From the NCBI GenBank assembly GCA_045863235.1, contig BTUM01000022.1:28158-92157 (forward strand): a stretch of 64,000 bases of DNA. Reading direction: 5' to 3'. The stretch is from Candidatus Xenobia bacterium (GTDB lineage Bacteria > Vulcanimicrobiota > Xenobia > Xenobiales > QWHO01). Position 1 is the stretch's first letter. Each line of letters starts with the position of its first letter. Shown one piece after another: positions 44,611 through 53,225 of the stretch. Position numbers and translations under genes: made by a program. The notes beneath the pieces were generated by a model. The model had not been told where the DNA came from, did no database searches, and saw nothing but the letters and a program-made list of their open reading frames with translations.

Positions 44611-45541
44611 GCTCACCTGGAAGACCAACCTGCTCATCGTGCTGATGGGCCTGGTCGGCTTTGGCCTGGCCGCGGGAGTCGGCCAGGCCTGCTACGAGAC
44701 GCTGCCGGGCCTGAAGGGCTGGCTCTTCACCCGGGCCGACGAGCTGCCTCGCCAGAGCCACACCGGCCACGCGATCAGCGACTTCCTGGTTTACCTGCAC
44801 GGCCTGGAGGGGGTCGTGGAGCCCATGCGCCAGGCCCAGGTGATCTTCGTGGGTAGCAGCCGGGCAGGATTCTCCTTCCGAGACGACTTCGTGGCCCGCT
44901 TCGAGCAGGCCACCGGGCTCAAGACTTACGCCCTGGGCTTCCCTCGCTCGGGCATGGCCCTGGCCGAGAAGCTGATCGAGCGCTACGATCTGCGCCCCCG
45001 GGTGCTGGTGGTGGCGGTGGACAACGTCTTTTTCACCGACTTCGTCAGCCAGGAGATCCTTCAGGCCGAGGGCCTGTCGCAGTGGGAGGCCTGGCGCCAG
45101 CTGCGTGAGGACCGCCTCTCGTGGTGGAGCCGCCACCACCTGCACCGCTACATCCCCGAGTTCGAGATTTTCGGCCACCAGACCATCTCGGTCATCTACC
45201 GCAACTACCGAAATGGCGGCTGGATCGTGGTGCAGCACCCGGAGGAGCGCCTGCCGGTGGTCGAGCCCACCGCCCCCATGCCGGCCCCTCAGCGGATCAA
45301 AGCCCGGGAGTTCGTGGCCCGCATGCGTGAGCGCGGGGTGACGGTCGTCTTCACCGCCGTGGCCGGAGGAGACTACGCCCTGGAGGACCTGCGCGAGCTC
45401 GCCCGCGAGCTCGACGTCCCCTTGCTCGCCCCCCGCCTGGAGGGCCTGACCACCGGCGATCCGGTCCACCTCGACGGCCCCAGCGCCCGGCGCTTCTCGG
45501 ACGCCTTCCTGGAGGAGTTTCGCCGCTGGTGGAAGGGTTGA
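44585..45541 (+). CDS. Single-pass membrane protein, possible SGNH/DltD/AlgX-like acyl-transfer partner
   Basis: N-terminal TM NLLIVLMGLVGFGLAAG. VIFVGSSRAGFSF (GDS-like block I) and C-terminal GDPVHLDGPSARRF (DxxH block V). It overlaps the MBOAT 3' end by 26 nt. The assignment is tentative. Confidence 0.45.
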   Translation: MPSSTSSSKLTWKTNLLIVLMGLVGFGLAAGVGQACYETLPGLKGWLFTRADELPRQSHTGHAISDFLVYLHGLEGVVEPMRQAQVIFVGSSRAGFSFRDDFVARFEQATGLKTYALGFPRSGMALAEKLIERYDLRPRVLVVAVDNVFFTDFVSQEILQAEGLSQWEAWRQLREDRLSWWSRHHLHRYIPEFEIFGHQTISVIYRNYRNGGWIVVQHPEERLPVVEPTAPMPAPQRIKAREFVARMRERGVTVVFTAVAGGDYALEDLRELARELDVPLLAPRLEGLTTGDPVHLDGPSARRFSDAFLEEFRRWWKG

Positions 45542-45544
45542 GCC

Positions 45545-45931
45545 GTGGAACTGGTTGGATGCACCGCCCAGGGTGATTGGTATCGAGTCTACTACGCGGA
45601 CTTGAGCGCCGACTCGGACCCGCTCGCCCGAGCCTGCGGGACGGCGATGCTCGAGTTGCTTTCAGCTCTGGCAAGAGCTCCCTGGCCCGGCCGGGTCTAC
45701 CTGCTTACCTCGATGAGCACCCTCTGCCTCCTCAGCCAGGACAGCTACGAGCCGGAGGGCTGGCATGTGCGCATCGAGCCGCCCTGGGAGGGAGTCTTCA
45801 TCATCGAGTTCGACCCGCCCGGGTCGAAGACTCCGGTCGCTGTGACCGCAGTCACGCCCGATGAGGCGGTGGAGAAGGTGCTTGCGGGTATGCGCGCCTC
45901 GGGTGGGTGGGCAGGGCATCCAGGCAGCTGA
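45545..45931 (+). CDS. Hypothetical protein
   Basis: GTG start 4 nt after the previous stop, same strand. The composition is plausible but I recognised no motif. Confidence 0.35.
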   Translation: MELVGCTAQGDWYRVYYADLSADSDPLARACGTAMLELLSALARAPWPGRVYLLTSMSTLCLLSQDSYEPEGWHVRIEPPWEGVFIIEFDPPGSKTPVAVTAVTPDEAVEKVLAGMRASGGWAGHPGS

Positions 45932-46234
45932 GGGGAGCAAGCGGATCGTCTGCGCCGAGTCGGTTCAATAGCCCGGGAAGATTGAACTCGGAGCGAGCTG
46001 GAATCGTCATGCTGGGGGAGGATTGAGCCATGCGAGATTTGTCGACCGCACGGCATTCGGGGGACTGCATCGTCCGAGCCATTCAGAGCTGGCTCGCGTA
46101 GCGCTCCGGCGTGCGTAGTCGAAGCAGCAGCCCTTCCTGGCAAGGGCAGCATCCCTGGAGCCATTCGGGCACGGAGCTGCTGGTCGGGTGGCCAGGTCAG
46201 TCCAGGTTGGGGTCCGGGATCGCCTCGGTGAGCG

Positions 46235-47200
46235 CTATGGACCTGCAGAAATCAACCCCAGGGCCCGCTGCGTGCGCGCGTCCGGCTGGCACGTGATCGG
46301 CAGGCCGTGGTCTTGCTGAAACCGCCCCAGCCACTCCGAGTCGCAGCGGGCCGAGGGTCCCAGCGCCACCTGTAGGGCGCGCGCCACGGCGCGGCGGTCG
46401 GCCTGGTCGATGGCCACGAGGTCCTCGCGGGTCAGCTCCCGGCCGACGATCGTAACGGGCGTCCCCTTGCCGAGGCCGGGTTGGGCCAGGAACTCGTCCA
46501 GATCTCGGTCACGCATCGCCACGCAGCCCCAGGTCCAGTTGCTGCTCAGGTTCCAGTTCCACTCGTACCAGTCGCCCTGGCCGTGGATCTGGATGGAGCC
46601 CCCGATCGGCCGGTTCGGCTCGGGCAAAAGGCCGTGCTTGCGGAAGAACTGGTAGCGCGCCCTGTCCACCGCCGTGGGATAGTTCAGATCGTAGGCTACA
46701 TAATAGTTCGATTCGTACTGCAGGCCGGTGATCCGGTATCGCCCTTCCGGAGTCGAACTGCGGTCCAGGCACACTTTGCGCCCGGCCTTAGGGCCCATCG
46801 AGATGGGATAGCGCTTGACAGGCACTCCCGCGTCCCGCACTTCGAGGTAGTAGTTGACCTTGTCGATCAGGATGTCGGGCCTGACCAGCGGCGGCAGAGG
46901 GCGATCCGGAGTGTCAACGCGCACGGTCTCCGAAACCTGGTCCCCTTCGCGTAAGCGATAGAAATAGGTGGTGTTGTCGGCTCGTCGGGTGTCGATGAGC
47001 TCGCCTTGCTTGCCCGGCAGATGCAAGCGCACGACCGGCCACCGGTCGTCCACCACACGGAAGCGGGATAGATCGGCCGTCGAGCGCTCGAGCACGGCCG
47101 GGGTCGAGGTCTGATAGCGCAACGCCTGTTCCTGCACGACCAGGGACGGGACCGGGATCGCAGCCAGGCAGAGGACGCAGGCAAACAACCAGAATCGCAC
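46235..47200 (-). CDS. L,D-transpeptidase (YkuD) with C-terminal peptidoglycan-binding domain
   Basis: Signal/TM MRFWLFACVLCLAAIPV. Catalytic IQIHGQG...WTWGCVAMRDRDLDEF (H...GC motif). The tail LQVALGPS...FQQDHGLPITCQPDARTQRAL is PG_binding_1-like. Confidence 0.85.
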   Translation of the reverse strand: MRFWLFACVLCLAAIPVPSLVVQEQALRYQTSTPAVLERSTADLSRFRVVDDRWPVVRLHLPGKQGELIDTRRADNTTYFYRLREGDQVSETVRVDTPDRPLPPLVRPDILIDKVNYYLEVRDAGVPVKRYPISMGPKAGRKVCLDRSSTPEGRYRITGLQYESNYYVAYDLNYPTAVDRARYQFFRKHGLLPEPNRPIGGSIQIHGQGDWYEWNWNLSSNWTWGCVAMRDRDLDEFLAQPGLGKGTPVTIVGRELTREDLVAIDQADRRAVARALQVALGPSARCDSEWLGRFQQDHGLPITCQPDARTQRALGLISAGP

Positions 47201-47244
47201 CCCGTGGGTTTAGACGAATCGAAGGCCGGTTCCTTGGCAGCGCA

Positions 47245-48393
47245 CTACCCGATTTGACGCCGGATCGCCAGACAGGTCACGTCGTCGTCCTGCGCCTGCC
47301 CCTGGCTGAAGCGCTCGGCCTCCTGGTAAATCCCCTCGAGCAGCTCGGGCAAGGGGAGGTGGCGAAGCTGCACCAGGGCCTCACCCAGGCGCTCCTCGCC
47401 CAAAAGCTCGCGCGCCTGGTTGCGCCACTCCGGCAGCCCGTCGGTGAAGAAGAAGGCCAGGTCGCCGGGAGCCACCTCGATTTTCTGCGCCTCCAGCTCG
47501 ATGTTCTCGAACACTCCCAGCGGAGGGCACGTCGTGGGCACCAGGCTCACCTGGCCGGACGCCAGCAACAGGCAGGTGGCCTGCCCCGCTCCGATCACCT
47601 CCAACTGCCCGCTGGCGTTGCTCAGGCGCCCCAGGCTGGCGGCCACGAAGCGCTCCCCCTGGCGCGAGTCGTTGACCAGCAGCGCGTTCATCCGCCGGGC
47701 CATGGTCTCGAGGCTTTCCAGGGGGCTGGCCAGGGCTCGAAAGTAGGAGCGACAGCGCGAGACCAGCAGGGCGCTGTCCAGCCCGTGGCCGCTGCCGTCG
47801 GCCACCAGGAAGGCCAGGCTCCCCGGCCCCAGGGTCACGAAGTCGTAGCAGTCTCCGCCCACGGTGCGGGCCGGGTGGAAGGCGCCGGCCAGCTCGAACC
47901 CTGGGATGGAGAGGGTAGGGGGCGGCTCTACCAGTTCGCGGGCCAACTCCAGCTCGCGCTCCAGACGGCGCTTCTCGGCCAGGGCGTCCAGCAGGCCCTG
48001 GCGCTTGAGGGCGATGGCCGCCAGCGAGCCCAGCACCAGCGCGAGATCCCCTTCCTCCTGGCTGAACCGCGCCGCTCCCTGGATGTGCAGCACGCCCATC
48101 AACTGCCCCTCCGGAGCGATCAGCGGCACCACCAGGGTCTCCCCTCCCGACTGCTGGTCCACCCGAATCACCCGCTGGGTGACCGCGGCGCGCGCCGAGG
48201 CGCCGATGCGTGCGCTGATGCGAACCTCTTTCTGGAAGAACTCCTCCGACCCCGCATCATACTGCAGGATCTGAGCCCGCTGGCAGGCCAGCAGGCTGTG
48301 GGCCGCCTTCTCGATGGATAACAGCAGCGGCTGCAGTTCTTGCGACTCGGCCAGCAGCCGCACCACCTCGACTAACCTTGACAGAGAGTTCAC
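47245..48393 (-). CDS. GAF domain + PP2C/SpoIIE-type phosphatase (RsbU-like)
   Basis: GGDCYDFV, FLVADGSGHGLDSALL, FFFTDGLPE, DDDVTCLAI are the four PP2C metal-binding blocks. The N-terminal half is GAF-like. Confidence 0.85.
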   Translation of the reverse strand: MNSLSRLVEVVRLLAESQELQPLLLSIEKAAHSLLACQRAQILQYDAGSEEFFQKEVRISARIGASARAAVTQRVIRVDQQSGGETLVVPLIAPEGQLMGVLHIQGAARFSQEEGDLALVLGSLAAIALKRQGLLDALAEKRRLERELELARELVEPPPTLSIPGFELAGAFHPARTVGGDCYDFVTLGPGSLAFLVADGSGHGLDSALLVSRCRSYFRALASPLESLETMARRMNALLVNDSRQGERFVAASLGRLSNASGQLEVIGAGQATCLLLASGQVSLVPTTCPPLGVFENIELEAQKIEVAPGDLAFFFTDGLPEWRNQARELLGEERLGEALVQLRHLPLPELLEGIYQEAERFSQGQAQDDDVTCLAIRRQIG

Positions 48394-48436
48394 GTTTTCT
48401 GTCTACCTGCTGCCCGGTGGTCCATCCTGCTACAGT

Positions 48437-48473
48437 AGCGCGCACTGATCATGTAAGGATATCAGTGCGCGCT
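48437..48473. promoter_or_regulatory. 13-bp perfect inverted repeat AGCGCGCACTGAT-N11-ATCAGTGCGCGCT
   Basis: Read directly. It sits in the 314-bp AT-richer spacer between divergent genes 48393(-) and 48708(+). Confidence 0.6.
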
Positions 48474-48707
48474 CCTTTAGAAACTACTTGAACGTTACGC
48501 GCCCAGTTCCTGATCGAAACTGTGCGCTTCACTGTAAAGTGCAAGGCCTTTGGTCTTACACCTTGCGGCTGGAACGCAGTTCCGGCGCGTTCGTCAGGCG
48601 CTACAGGAGCCCGAAGCCAAATTGCCAGCACATGAAAGCCGCTGGTGGATCAAAACGGCTGTCGCAGATCATCGCGGGCGGGCTCGGGTCGGCCTATCCT
48701 GGAGCCT

Positions 48708-49172
48708 GTGAGAAAGCTCCTCCTTCCCCTCGACCGAACCCGGCGCTCGCGTGAGGCCTTGCCTTTCGCTCTATCGGCTGCCTCTCCCGGCAGCCTGCTC
48801 GTCCTGCTGCAGGTAATCGAGCCCCTGCCCGACCTTCCCCCCGACCCCCCCAACGACCATCCCGACCTCGCCCCCCGGCTCGAGAAGGCCCGCTCGTTGC
48901 TCGGGCAACTGGCCGCCGACCTGACGGGGAAGGGTTACCGGGTCGAGTTCGAGGTGGCCTACGGACACCCGGCCGACCACATCGTGGAGGCCGTTCAGCG
49001 GCACCAGATCGAGCAGGTCTTCATGACCACCCACTCCGGCCCCGGACCCGACGCGGGACTGCTCGGGGGCGTGGCCGAGGAAGTGTGGCGGCGCAGCCCC
49101 TGCCAGGTGGTGCTGGTTCGTTCGGGCTGGCCGGTGCCGGTGGGCTCTCGGGTGGCTGTAGCGGCTGCCTGA
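48708..49172 (+). CDS. Universal stress protein (UspA family)
   Basis: GTG 48708: VRKLLLPLDRTRRSREAL..., ...HPADHIVEAVQRH..., ...GLLGGVAEEVWRRSPCQVVLVR. Confidence 0.75.
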   Translation: MRKLLLPLDRTRRSREALPFALSAASPGSLLVLLQVIEPLPDLPPDPPNDHPDLAPRLEKARSLLGQLAADLTGKGYRVEFEVAYGHPADHIVEAVQRHQIEQVFMTTHSGPGPDAGLLGGVAEEVWRRSPCQVVLVRSGWPVPVGSRVAVAAA

Positions 49173-49736
49173 TCAGGGCTGGCAGGTCCGACAGGCTGTC
49201 AGTCCGCGCTCCAGTGCCCGGGAAGCCTTCATCGTCTCGACTCCCGACTCGGGTAGCAGGCGACAACCCGGGCGATGGTAGCGCTTGCCTTTCCCGGCCA
49301 CCGCGACCTGAGGCTCGTGCTTCTCCTCGTAGCTCTCCTTGAGGATCTCCTGCAGCTCGTGGCTGTCGAGCCAGACCCCGAAACAAGCCGGGCAGCGGTC
49401 GACCTTGACGCGTTTCTGGGGCGAGAACCAGCGAGCCACCATGCGCGTGCCGCAGCCCGGACATGATACCTCACCGCGGGGGTCGTCCTCCTGGAGCCCG
49501 TGCCGCGGGTCGAGGTCGTAGCGCGTTCCCAGAATCTGGGCCAGCTCGCCCCGGTCGAGCCAGGTGCCGTCGCACTGGGGACAGGCATCCATCAGCAGGT
49601 TCAGGAAGCGGGTTGGAGTGAGCGGGAAGTTGTCCCGCGGGCAGCGTCGGTGGTCCATGGCCGGCCTGATTCTCGCGAGCGGGCGGGCGGCCCTGCCGCC
49701 CATTCCCAGTTCGTCCCGCAAGACGTGAAGCCTCAA
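49173..49736 (-). CDS. Zinc-ribbon protein: two zf-TFIIB-like units + Ada-like Cys4 tail
   Basis: CPRDNFPL...DACPQCDGTWLDRGELAQIL and CPGCGTRM...VDRCPACFGVWLDSHELQEIL, then YHRPGCRLL...ACRTCQP. The start is possibly at MDHRRCP (about 49659). Its stop abuts the USP stop with zero spacer (ctgatcag). Confidence 0.6.
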   Translation of the reverse strand: MRLHVLRDELGMGGRAARPLARIRPAMDHRRCPRDNFPLTPTRFLNLLMDACPQCDGTWLDRGELAQILGTRYDLDPRHGLQEDDPRGEVSCPGCGTRMVARWFSPQKRVKVDRCPACFGVWLDSHELQEILKESYEEKHEPQVAVAGKGKRYHRPGCRLLPESGVETMKASRALERGLTACRTCQP

Positions 49737-49771
49737 GAGGGGAGGGGTCAGGCGATGGCAAAAGTGGACCT

Positions 49772-50623
49772 GTGGGAAACGATGTGCGGTCCCTGGGCAG
49801 GGTCCTGGTCGAGAAGACGCAGGCGGGCATGCTGGCCGCGGCTGAGCGTCACGGCCTCCTGGTCGAGGGGAAAATCGACCTGCGGGGCCGGAGGGTGAAG
49901 TTCGAGCACACCGATCTCGACCTGAGCGCTTTCTTGCTCGAGGGCGCCGATCTGACCGGCTCGCTCCTGACCAACTGCAGCGGCGAGAAGGTCAGCCTGC
50001 GAGCCTGCAAGCTGAAGAACGTCCGAATCGAATGCGTAAAAGCGAGAAAAACATCCTTTCTGGGCGCCTCCTTTGACGAAGCGCTTCTCGAGAGCGTGTA
50101 TCTTGGCCCGCGCACCCTCGACCTTTCAAAGACGAGCTACCGGGGTGCCCGGCTCGAGGATGTCACGTTCATGCTGGCCCGGCTTCCCGAGGCAGACTTC
50201 ACCGGCGCCCGCTTGACCGACTGCTCCTTTCGGCGAGGTATCCTGGACGGCGCGAGTTTTCGCGGCGCCACGCTAACGCGCGTCTCACTCGAGGAGGCCA
50301 CTCTGGTGGGGGCCGACTTCACCGATGCAGACCTGCACCGGATGGACCAGTGGGAAGAGCCGAACTACCAGGGGGCAATCATCAGCGACGAGCTGCGCTA
50401 CCAGTTCGGGGTGGTCCGAGACCCGGCCCGTCGGGTGGACGCGCTGATCGAGAGCCGAGCGCTTGGAGCGGAGGCCACGGAGGGGTTGCAGCGCCTGAAG
50501 GCCCGATTCTCCGACCTGTTATCCTATCCAGAGTGCCTGCTGATCGGGCGCGAGCTCGAAGAGGCCATCCCCCCTCACCTTTTTCCAACGATTCTCAAAG
50601 CTCTGAAGGACGATAGCTCCTGA
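49772..50623 (+). CDS. Pentapeptide-repeat protein
   Basis: Runs of A(D/N)LxG-type pentads: LEGADLTGSLLTNCSGEKVSLRACKLKNVRI..., ARLPEADFTGARLTDCSFRRGILDGASFRGATLTRVSLEEATLVGADFTDADL. Confidence 0.75.
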   Translation: MGNDVRSLGRVLVEKTQAGMLAAAERHGLLVEGKIDLRGRRVKFEHTDLDLSAFLLEGADLTGSLLTNCSGEKVSLRACKLKNVRIECVKARKTSFLGASFDEALLESVYLGPRTLDLSKTSYRGARLEDVTFMLARLPEADFTGARLTDCSFRRGILDGASFRGATLTRVSLEEATLVGADFTDADLHRMDQWEEPNYQGAIISDELRYQFGVVRDPARRVDALIESRALGAEATEGLQRLKARFSDLLSYPECLLIGRELEEAIPPHLFPTILKALKDDSS

Positions 50624-50707
50624 AGTCCGGCGGCTGCGGCGCCTGGCCTCGGCAGGAGCCCGGCGACGAGCGTGGTAACCCTCGACAGCTTTGTTGGGAG
50701 GACATCC

Positions 50708-52117
50708 ATGACCGTGCAAACCCCGGGCAAGACGCGCACCGAGACCGACAGCATGGGCGCCATGGAGGTGCCCCACGACCGTTACTGGGGAGCGCAGACC
50801 CAGCGCTCGCTGCACTATTTCGACATCGGCTTCGACCGGCTGCCGCGCGAGATGGTGCGCGCCCTGGGCATCCTCAAGCGGGCCGCAGCCGAAGTGAATC
50901 GCGACCTGGGTCTGTTGAGCTCGGAGCTGGCCGAGGCCGTCAGCAAGGCCGCCAGCGAAGTGATCGAAGGCAACCACGACGACCACTTCCCTCTGCGCGT
51001 CTGGCAGACCGGCAGCGGCACTCAGAGCAACATGAACGCCAACGAGGTGATCGCCAACCGGGCCATCGAGCTGATGGGCGGGCAGATCGGCTCCAAGAAG
51101 CCGGTCCACCCCAACGACCACGTGAACATGTCCCAGTCCAGCAACGACACGTATCCCACCGCCATGCACATCGCCGCGGTGGAGGAGCTGCATCGGCACC
51201 TGATCCCGCGCCTCACCCAGTTGCGCGACTCGCTGCAAAGGAAGGCCGACGAGTTCGGCCAGGTCATCAAGATTGGACGCACCCACCTGATGGACGCGGT
51301 GCCGCTGACGATGGCCCAGGAGTTCGGGGGCTACGTGGCCATGCTCGACCAGGATCTCGAGCGCCTCCACATGGTCCTCCCCCACCTCTACCAGCTGGCC
51401 CTGGGAGGCACCGCTGTCGGGACGGGCCTGAACACCCACCCCGAGTTCGCCCAGAGGGCGGCAGCCCGGATCGCCGAGCTGACCGGGCTCCCGTTCGTCT
51501 CGGCCCCCAACAAGTTCGCCGCCCTGGCCGGCCACGACGCCCTGGTGATGGCCAGCGGGGCCCTCAAGACACTGGCCTGCTCGCTCATGAAGATTGCCAA
51601 CGACGTGCGCTGGATGGGCTCGGGCCCCCGCTGCGGCCTGGCCGAGCTGTCCCTGCCCGAGAACGAGCCGGGCTCCTCCATCATGCCCGGGAAGGTCAAC
51701 CCTACCCAGAGCGAGTCGCTCACCATGGTGTGCGTGCAGGTGATGGGCAACGATACCGCCATCGGCATCGCAGGCAGCCAGGGCAACTTTGAGCTGAACG
51801 TGTTCAAGCCGCTCATCATCCACAACTTCCTGCACTCGGTGCGCCTGCTCGCTTCTGGCTGCCGCAGCTTCGCCGAGCACTGCGTGGACGGCCTGGTGCT
51901 GAACAAGCGCCAGGTGGAGGATTACGTGGAGCGCTCGCTCATGCTGGTCACCGCCCTTTCGCCCCGCATCGGCTACGACAACGCCGCCAAGGTGGCCCAC
52001 AAAGCCCACGTCGAGCACAAGACGCTGCGCGAGGTGGCCGTGGAGATGGGCCTGCTCACAGCCGAGGAGTTCGACCAGATCGTCCGCCCCGAGAAGATGC
52101 TCGGACCCTCGAAATAG
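50708..52117 (+). CDS. fumC: Class II fumarate hydratase
   Basis: [13 protein letters not shown] signature, [33 protein letters not shown] lies 6 nt before ATG 50708. Confidence 0.95.
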   Translation: MTVQTPGKTRTETDSMGAMEVPHDRYWGAQTQRSLHYFDIGFDRLPREMVRALGILKRAAAEVNRDLGLLSSELAEAVSKAASEVIEGNHDDHFPLRVWQTGSGTQSNMNANEVIANRAIELMGGQIGSKKPVHPNDHVNMSQSSNDTYPTAMHIAAVEELHRHLIPRLTQLRDSLQRKADEFGQVIKIGRTHLMDAVPLTMAQEFGGYVAMLDQDLERLHMVLPHLYQLALGGTAVGTGLNTHPEFAQRAAARIAELTGLPFVSAPNKFAALAGHDALVMASGALKTLACSLMKIANDVRWMGSGPRCGLAELSLPENEPGSSIMPGKVNPTQSESLTMVCVQVMGNDTAIGIAGSQGNFELNVFKPLIIHNFLHSVRLLASGCRSFAEHCVDGLVLNKRQVEDYVERSLMLVTALSPRIGYDNAAKVAHKAHVEHKTLREVAVEMGLLTAEEFDQIVRPEKMLGPSK

Positions 52118-52126
52118 CTCATTCAG

Positions 52127-52271
52127 CGGGCGTATCGGACGTTGTTCGGGCGGCCCATCAATCGGCGCTATCGGACGCTTGTTCGGGCCGCGGCCCTGCT
52201 CGCCACCCGCATGCTTTGCCATCAAGCTTGTGTTCGATTTTTATACCGGCGGTATCGGACGCTTGTTCGGG
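52127..52271. repeat. Three dispersed direct copies of GGCG-N-TATCGGACG(C)TTGTTCGGG in a convergent intergenic spacer
   Basis: Cores at 52133-52150, 52169-52187 and 52253-52271. The spacer lies between the fumC stop (52117) and the sirtuin stop (52395). Confidence 0.85.
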
Positions 52272-52394
52272 TATGCCTGCCGGTCATCGATCGCGCGTCG
52301 CGATGAGCGCGCTTGGGCGGGCGGGGTGATCAGCCAAGGCAGCGCGTCAGCCAGGAACTGATATCCCGGACAGGGGCGGCCGTCGACCTCGAGG

Positions 52395-53126
52395 TCAAAG
52401 CAGAGCCGGCAGGATCTCGCACAGGTCGCCCTCCAGCCGGATGTGGGCCAGGTGGTCGTGGGCCGTGGGGCCCTGGTTGATGATGGCGTAAGTGGCTCCG
52501 TTGCGGTGGCCATCCCGGGGCACCGAGGCGGCCGGCTCCACCTGCAAGCTCGAGCCCAGCGCCAGCACCAGGTCCGCCTGGCGGGCCGCCTCGAGCGCTT
52601 GCTCCATCAGGTCCCTCGGCATGGCCTGTCCAAATGAGATCGTGGCCGTCTTGAGCAGCCCCCCGCAGGCCCTGCACAGAGGGCAGCTGCGAGTCTGACG
52701 AAAATGCTCGAAGGCCGGGGTCGGGTCGCTGCGCTGGCCGCAGGAGAGGCACTCGACCAGCCGGTTGGTCCCGTGGAGCTCGATCACCCTGGTGTTGCCC
52801 GCCTTGTGGTGCAATCCGTCGATGTTCTGGGTCACCAACAAGAGCAGCCGGCCATCTTCCTCCAGCTTCACCAGGGCCCGGTGGGCGGCGTTGGGCTCGG
52901 CCAGGCGGAACTCGTCCCAGCCTTCGAGCTTGTACTCCCAGTGCTCGTTCCGTTTGGCCTCGCTGGCCAGGAACTCGTCGAAGTAGACCGGCTGGCGCCG
53001 CTTCCACACTCCCTGGGGGCCGCGGAAGTCCGGGATGCCCGAGCCGGTGGAGATGCCCGCGCCGGTGAAGACCAGCACGCGTTTGGCCGCGGCCAGGGCT
53101 TCTTTCAGCTGCTCTTCCCCGCTCAT
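52395..53126 (-). CDS. cobB: NAD-dependent protein deacylase (Sir2/CobB)
   Basis: GAGISTGSGIPDFRG, QNIDGLH, Zn ribbon CLSCG...CPLCRACGG, LGSSLQV. Confidence 0.9.
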   Translation of the reverse strand: MSGEEQLKEALAAAKRVLVFTGAGISTGSGIPDFRGPQGVWKRRQPVYFDEFLASEAKRNEHWEYKLEGWDEFRLAEPNAAHRALVKLEEDGRLLLLVTQNIDGLHHKAGNTRVIELHGTNRLVECLSCGQRSDPTPAFEHFRQTRSCPLCRACGGLLKTATISFGQAMPRDLMEQALEAARQADLVLALGSSLQVEPAASVPRDGHRNGATYAIINQGPTAHDHLAHIRLEGDLCEILPALL

Positions 53127-53225
53127 CCAAGACGCGTTCGCGCTGGCCGGTCGCTCAGCCCTTCACAACCTGTCCGACCTGGGATACCGGCAGCCGTGGC
53201 AGCCTGGCCCGGCCCGCTCCGCAGG

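Noticed and set aside
42931-44637. 568-aa minus-strand ORF
   Set aside because: It is antisense to the MBOAT gene. It has no hydrophobic segments or motifs and an H/Q/G/D/E-rich composition.
50519-52225. 568-aa minus-strand ORF
   Set aside because: It is antisense to fumC ([13 protein letters not shown] on +).
52395-53126. Sir2-domain protein as a possible anti-phage defence (Sir2-effector) gene
   Set aside because: It is a standalone about 243-aa canonical sirtuin with a Zn ribbon and deacylase motifs. There is no fused sensor domain and no defence-type neighbours, so it is most simply CobB.
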